Origin: a virus
Lineage: Duplodnaviria; Caudoviricetes
IMG/VR virus record: IMGVR_UViG_3300050343_000159
DNA length: 64,000 nt
Strand: one strand, 5' to 3'
Shown: piece by piece, positions 58,801-64,000 of the stretch
How the letters are laid out: every line of letters begins with the position of its first letter
Position numbering within the stretch: the stretch's first letter is position 1
The notes under the pieces: generated by a model
What the model was told of the DNA's origin: nothing
Seen by the model: the letters and a program-made list of their open reading frames with translations, nothing else
Database searches by the model: none
Translations under genes and position numbers: made by a program

Positions 58801-61714
58801 AAGGAACAATTCTCATTCCCATCACCTATCAGAGATCTGTATCCACAGTATGATAGAGATAATCCTCAGTTTGATCCTAATGGTTCTAAGACATATGCCA
58901 AACCAACTCCTCTTGGTGAAGTTGTAGTTGATGATCCTAGAAACAGTATCACCAAAAAGACTATTGATACCGCTTTACTTGACTTTGGTGTGGGTCTTGG
59001 TGTTACTGATATTATCTCCAACCCAACAGGAACAGCTCATACCATCTTCACTCAACATGATCATGGATTGAATAGAGCTTCTGTTGTTAGTGTTGCTAGT
59101 AGTGGTGCTGGATATGGTAATGGTACTGGATCTATTGAGAACCTTTATAACGCAATCCTCGTTAATACAGGAAGTGCAAGAGGAGTAAGTGCTACGGCAA
59201 GAATCACAGTAGATGGTTCTGGTAGTATCTCAGGTGTTGAGGTCATGAACAGTGGTTCTGACTATCAAGTTGGAGATGTTCTGAATATAACTGGAACGGC
59301 TACAACTACAGGATTCTCACAAGCAACTGTAACTGTAACACAAATCAGTAGTAATGTTGGTGATACAGTTCGTATTTCTGGTATTCAATCTACTTCATAT
59401 GAAGGATATAACTCACTCTATCGTATTACTGGTATTACTACCAATAATGCCTTTGAAGCTTCATCCGTTGTAGCTATCAGTGGAGCTAGTGTAACTGGTG
59501 TTGGTGTAACACTTTCTACAAACGCGTTCACTCATGTAACTGGTAAGACACTGGATGTTTCATCTATTGTTTATGACAATGTAAGTGGATTTGCAACTGT
59601 TGTTACATCTCAAAATCATGGTTTGAGACCTAATAATAAGATTGTGTTTGGTGGAGCTGATACTGAACTGGCTAATGGTGATTTCTTGGTTACAGAGATT
59701 ACCAACCTCACAACATTCACAGCAAATATTGGTATTAGTACCCTATCACCAACCATTGGTGGAACTATCAAGGCATATCTTCCTGGATTGACTTCACAAG
59801 AAGGTCCAGCTGTCCTATATGGTGAGAACTTTGGTGGTAGAGTTCAGGATATCTACGCTGGTATTACAACTACACTTTCTTCAGCTGTTTCTTCTTCGTC
59901 TGATGATGAAGTTGAAATCCTCAATATTGAAAATCTAGATATTAACATTGGTGATTATCTGAGAATTGATGATGAGGTTCTTAGAGTTAAGAGAACTGTA
60001 ACTGGAAACCCAGTTCGTGTATTCAGAGGATTGTTTGGAACAAGAGCTTCTATACATGACGCTGGTTCTGTTGTAAGAAGAATTAAAGTCAATAGTGTTG
60101 AGTTTAGAAGACCTTCTATTGTTAGAGCTTCTGGTCACACCTTTGAGTATCAAGGTTATGGACCTGGTAACTACTCAACTGCACTTCCTGACAGACAGGA
60201 TACTTCACCTACACTGACTGAACAGACACTATCCCAGTCCTTCAGGTCTGATGGTGGTCTCAGTGTTTACACTGGTATGAATGATAAGGGTGACTACTTT
60301 GTTGGTAACAGAAGACTTTCTTCTACTACTGGTAAGGCTGACATCTATAATACACCTGTACCAACGGTTACTGGTGAGGATGTTGCATCTGTAGATAGAG
60401 ATGTAAGTGTTGATATTGTTGAGACATCAGCAGCTGACATCACTGGTTCTATCAAGGTTAGTGGTGGTATCAATAATAACTTTGTATCAGAGTTTGATGG
60501 TCCTGTTGTACTGAACAAGAAGGTAACTTCTACTTCTGAAGATGGTTTGGAAGCTGTAAGTCTCTTCCTTCAGGGTGATGCCACTGTTTCTAGAAAATAT
60601 ACAGTTGGTATTTCTACTCCAGTGAACGCTGGAAACCCTGGTGATGTAGTTTATAACGCTAATCCAACACCTGGTGGTATTCTTGGTTGGAGTTACACCA
60701 CTGATAATAATTGGAATACCTTCGGTGCTGTATCACTTGACCAGTATGGTCAGAGTGTTCTGTTTGATAAGGTTGGTATTGCAACTGATGCACTCGGTGA
60801 GATGACCGTATTGGTTGGTTCTGGTTCTACACAGGTATCCATTGATGGAACAGGTGGTGTAGGTATTGGAACCACAGCTAATGGATTCAAACTTCATGTC
60901 TTTGGTGGAAACATCAGAGGTACATTTGAGGGTGATGGTTCACAACTTTCTAACCTTGATAGTATCTGGACTAATAACTCCACCAATGAGTGGGCATATA
61001 CCAAGGACAATCCTGACCTTAAAGTTGGTATTGGAACATCACTGGGTGTTACTTCACAACTGAAGATCGCAGGTACAGCTACTACTTCACTGTGGGTCGC
61101 CAATGAATCACAATTTGATGGTAAAGTATACTGAACAAATGTTGTAATTGGTTCTGGTGTCACACTATCTGTTGGTGATATTGAAACAACTGGTGGTTCA
61201 TTGAATGTTGGTCTGATGACCGTTCAACTCAACTACATGTTGGAACTGGTGGAACGATTCTTTCTCCACCGCGTAAATGGTGAGTTTGTTGGTGTTGGTA
61301 TTGGAACCACAGCAGCTAGAGCATCACTTGACATTGAAGGACAACTAGATTTAAATCATATCATGAAATAGCAAAAACTGTTACTAGTGATAGTGGTGTT
61401 GTAACTCTGAATCTCTCAGAGGCTCAATCATTCCTTCTCACTACTTCTGAAAACATTACTTCCTTCACTCTCACAGGCGGCAGTGATAACTCTACTACAG
61501 CATTTACAGTGAAGATTCTTCAAGGTCTACAGCTCGTGGAGTTGGTATAGATACATTCAGAACAAGTGGTGGTAGTGCAATTCCGGTATATTGGCCAGGT
61601 GGTGTTACACCTCCTGTAACACCAACAGCAGCTAAAACTGATATCTACTCGTTTATGACTTTTGATGGTGGTGATTCGTTGTTCGGTGTTGTTGGAGGTC
61701 AGAACTTCTCATGA
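55875..61714 (+). CDS. very large virion structural / tail-fibre-like protein (~1950 aa); apparent indels at ~57635 and 61135-61560
   Basis: MPLSRLDNFLKN..ILYVNPND..ATDSI.N.G...RPF.TIQRAL; beta-helix-like SGHTFEY.GYGPGNYSTALP; C-terminal DIYSF.TFDGG..VGGQNF. Confidence 0.8.
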
Positions 61715-64000
61715 TAGGGTTTCACTATAATAGGTCCATTCCTACAACTCTTAAGTTGAATGGACCTTCACCTTAGCATACTCTAACACAACCAGTTGAT
61801 ACATCAGAATCAATCACTGGTGTTGCAACTTTTACTGGAATTGCAACTGCAACATATCCATCATCTCCTGGTGATATTATTGAGGGTACCTTTGATTTCA
61901 TTGGTTTCTTGATAACACTGAGATCTTTCAACTCTTCTGGTATTACTATTGTAAGTAGTGGTAATATTTCCACATGCACATTCTCAAATATTCCATCAAC
62001 TAGTGATGGAAAAATTAGTAAAGATGGTTACAGATTATATTCCTGGAACAAGTGAATCAAATGCTATTAATGATGATCTCAGATCAAATTCAGCTACACT
62101 CACATTGATTCCTGGTATTCAGATTATTACACAACCACAATCTGTTGAAGTTGCTTGCAGGAAGTGTTGATGCAATATTCTCTGTTGATGCTCAACTTGA
62201 TCAATGGAACAACTGATGGTAAGGATCTTATCCTATCAATGGTATTTCTGATAATCAACCAATCACTGATGCCGGTGATAATCAATGGATATACTTATAG
62301 TGGATCTGGAACTTATACTCTTACTGTGCTGATGTTGGTAATGATGTTTCTGGTGGTGGTAGATCTATTGTAAGAGGTGTAAATGGTGGTAGTGGTGGTT
62401 CTGCACAAGGTATCACAACATTCTATTCAGGAGAAACATATATCCTGAGAATTGGTGGTGCTGGTCAGAATGGAGGATCTGGTGGGTTTTCTGGTGGTGG
62501 CAATGGTGGAGGCGGTCACGGAAGAGGTGGTGGCGGTGGTGGATTCACTGGCCTTTTCAAGGGATCTGTATCACAATCTAATGCTATTATCATTGCTGGT
62601 GGCGGTGGTGGTGGTTCCAATGACCCAGCTACTGGTGGCACTGGTGGCGGAGAATCAGGAGGTAGAGGATCTAATGGTGGTCGTGCCGGTGGTGGTGGAA
62701 CACAATCTGGTGGAGGATCTGGGTCTGGTGGAGGACAATCAGGATCTGCACTTCAAGGTGGAACAGGTGCCGCAGGTGGCGGTGGTGGATACTTCGGTGG
62801 TGGAGGAGGCCAGTATGTTGGTGGATGTTGCGCTGATGGTGCAGGTGGTGGTGGATCGGGTTTCCTATCTCCTACACTACTTAAGGAATCAAGTTTTAGT
62901 TCATCAAACAGTGCAGGTGGAGGAAGCCCAAGCAATGATGGAACATTTAAGATTGATAGAGTTTCCATTGTTAAACAGATTGTTGTTGATGCATCTGGTG
63001 TAAACTCACCAAATCTCACTCTTACTACAGATGATTCAAACTTTGGTGGTGTGGCCAGATGTGTGATGAGTGCATCAAATGTACAAAATTCTCCATTAGA
63101 ATCTAACCCAGTATCTTATGAAGTTGTAGATCCTAGAAACATTATCAACTTTGAATCATATACGTTTGACAATCAATATAAGACATCAATTGTAAACTTT
63201 GATAGTACATCCAACTATACAATTGATAGTAGTACCTTTGGAACTGATTATTCTATTCTCCAATTCCACTCTACGGAACAGAGTGTTCCTGTAACTCTAG
63301 AGATGTATTCATCTAAAGGTGCAGATAATGGATCTTATATTGGAGGAGAAGGTGGTGTATCTACTATTGAGTTTACTATAGACCGTAATGTTGAGCACAC
63401 ACTGATCGGTATTGCTAATAACTCCGCATTGTTCCTCTATCGTGGATCTAACTTGATCGCAGTGGTTGGTGAAGGTGGAGACGCTGGTACATCAGGCGAT
63501 GGTGGTGCTGGTGGTGGTATCAATATTCCTGGTGAAGATGGTGGTGGTAGATTGGGTGGATCTGGTGGATATAAAGTTAACTCTGGAACCCTATCACTGA
63601 GTGGATCATATGGTTCAGTATATGAAACCTCTGGTATTACACTTTATCCTGGAGATTCAGTAGCACAATCACCTGATGGTGGTAAAACAATTAGTTGTAC
63701 TAAGGGTTCTTATTGGATCGATCAAGGTATTGCTGCTTGTAGTGATAACAGTTCTTCAGAGATTAAATTTGTGAATGTTGATGGTACTACCATGATAGTA
63801 GCTCCAGTATTATTAGAGGGTTTAAACCTGGATACACTATGAGCAACACCTCAGGTTTAGAAATCAACAATGGTGGTAGAGGTGGCAGTGGTGCAACTGG
63901 TGGAGGTGGAGGTACTTCCGGTTCAGGTGGTGGTGGTGGATCAGGATATACTGATGGGTCTGTTACTGTAACTACATCTGTTCTTGGTAGCAGTGTTGGT
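61711..64000 (+). CDS. glycine-rich tail fibre/structural protein with Ig-like repeats (3'-partial; many apparent indels)
   Basis: ATGA-coupled start; IITQPQS (Ig-like), long GGGGG tracts, GGEGGVS. Confidence 0.6.

Noticed and set aside
55875-64000. Programmed ribosomal frameshifts in tail genes
   Set aside because: The breaks lack consistent slippery heptamers or downstream structures and match the genome-wide indel background.
62380-64000. GGTGGT-rich tandem repeats as a CRISPR array or satellite
   Set aside because: These are poly-glycine codons within a fibre-like protein; there are no constant-length repeats with unique spacers.
1-64000. tRNA or rRNA genes
   Set aside because: No cloverleaf with T-loop GTTCRA and acceptor stem was recognised in the intergenic regions by eye; tRNAscan-SE would be decisive.

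Overview
64 kb of a T4-like marine cyanomyovirus genome. The host is probably Synechococcus, judging from the D1 C-terminus and the petE/petF/talC/psbD set. Layout: (1) 0.3-14.8 kb, a co-oriented glycan/LPS-modification island (epimerase, NadE, UDP-glucose dehydrogenase, two GT11, GT2-like, GT25, methyltransferases, peptide deformylase, Zn-dehydrogenase, Gmd, split HldE, cupin, HAD). (2) 14.8-27 kb, photosynthesis and auxiliary genes (porin-like protein behind a structured leader, two hli, psbA, psbD, DoxX, petF, petE, talC), interrupted by a minus-strand trio of signal-peptide proteins. (3) 27-36 kb, small genes, a glutamine-riboswitch-like module, thyX, phoH, exonuclease, gp33, gp59, gp32. 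(4) 36-64 kb, baseplate and tail genes (gp53, gp48, gp4, gp26, gp51, gp5, large murein-hydrolase-bearing proteins, long fibre-like proteins). Dozens of genes, including psbD, carry 1-2 nt indels, which is most consistent with an error-prone long-read consensus, so broken ORFs were re-joined by eye and their coordinates are approximate. The most striking observation is at 30.3-30.9 kb: a sigma70 promoter, two tandem glutamine-riboswitch-like aptamers (the second with a 54-codon ORF nested in its P2 stem-loop), a DUF4278-like YRG-motif peptide, a basic peptide and a terminator. All family assignments come from motif recognition; no database searches were run.
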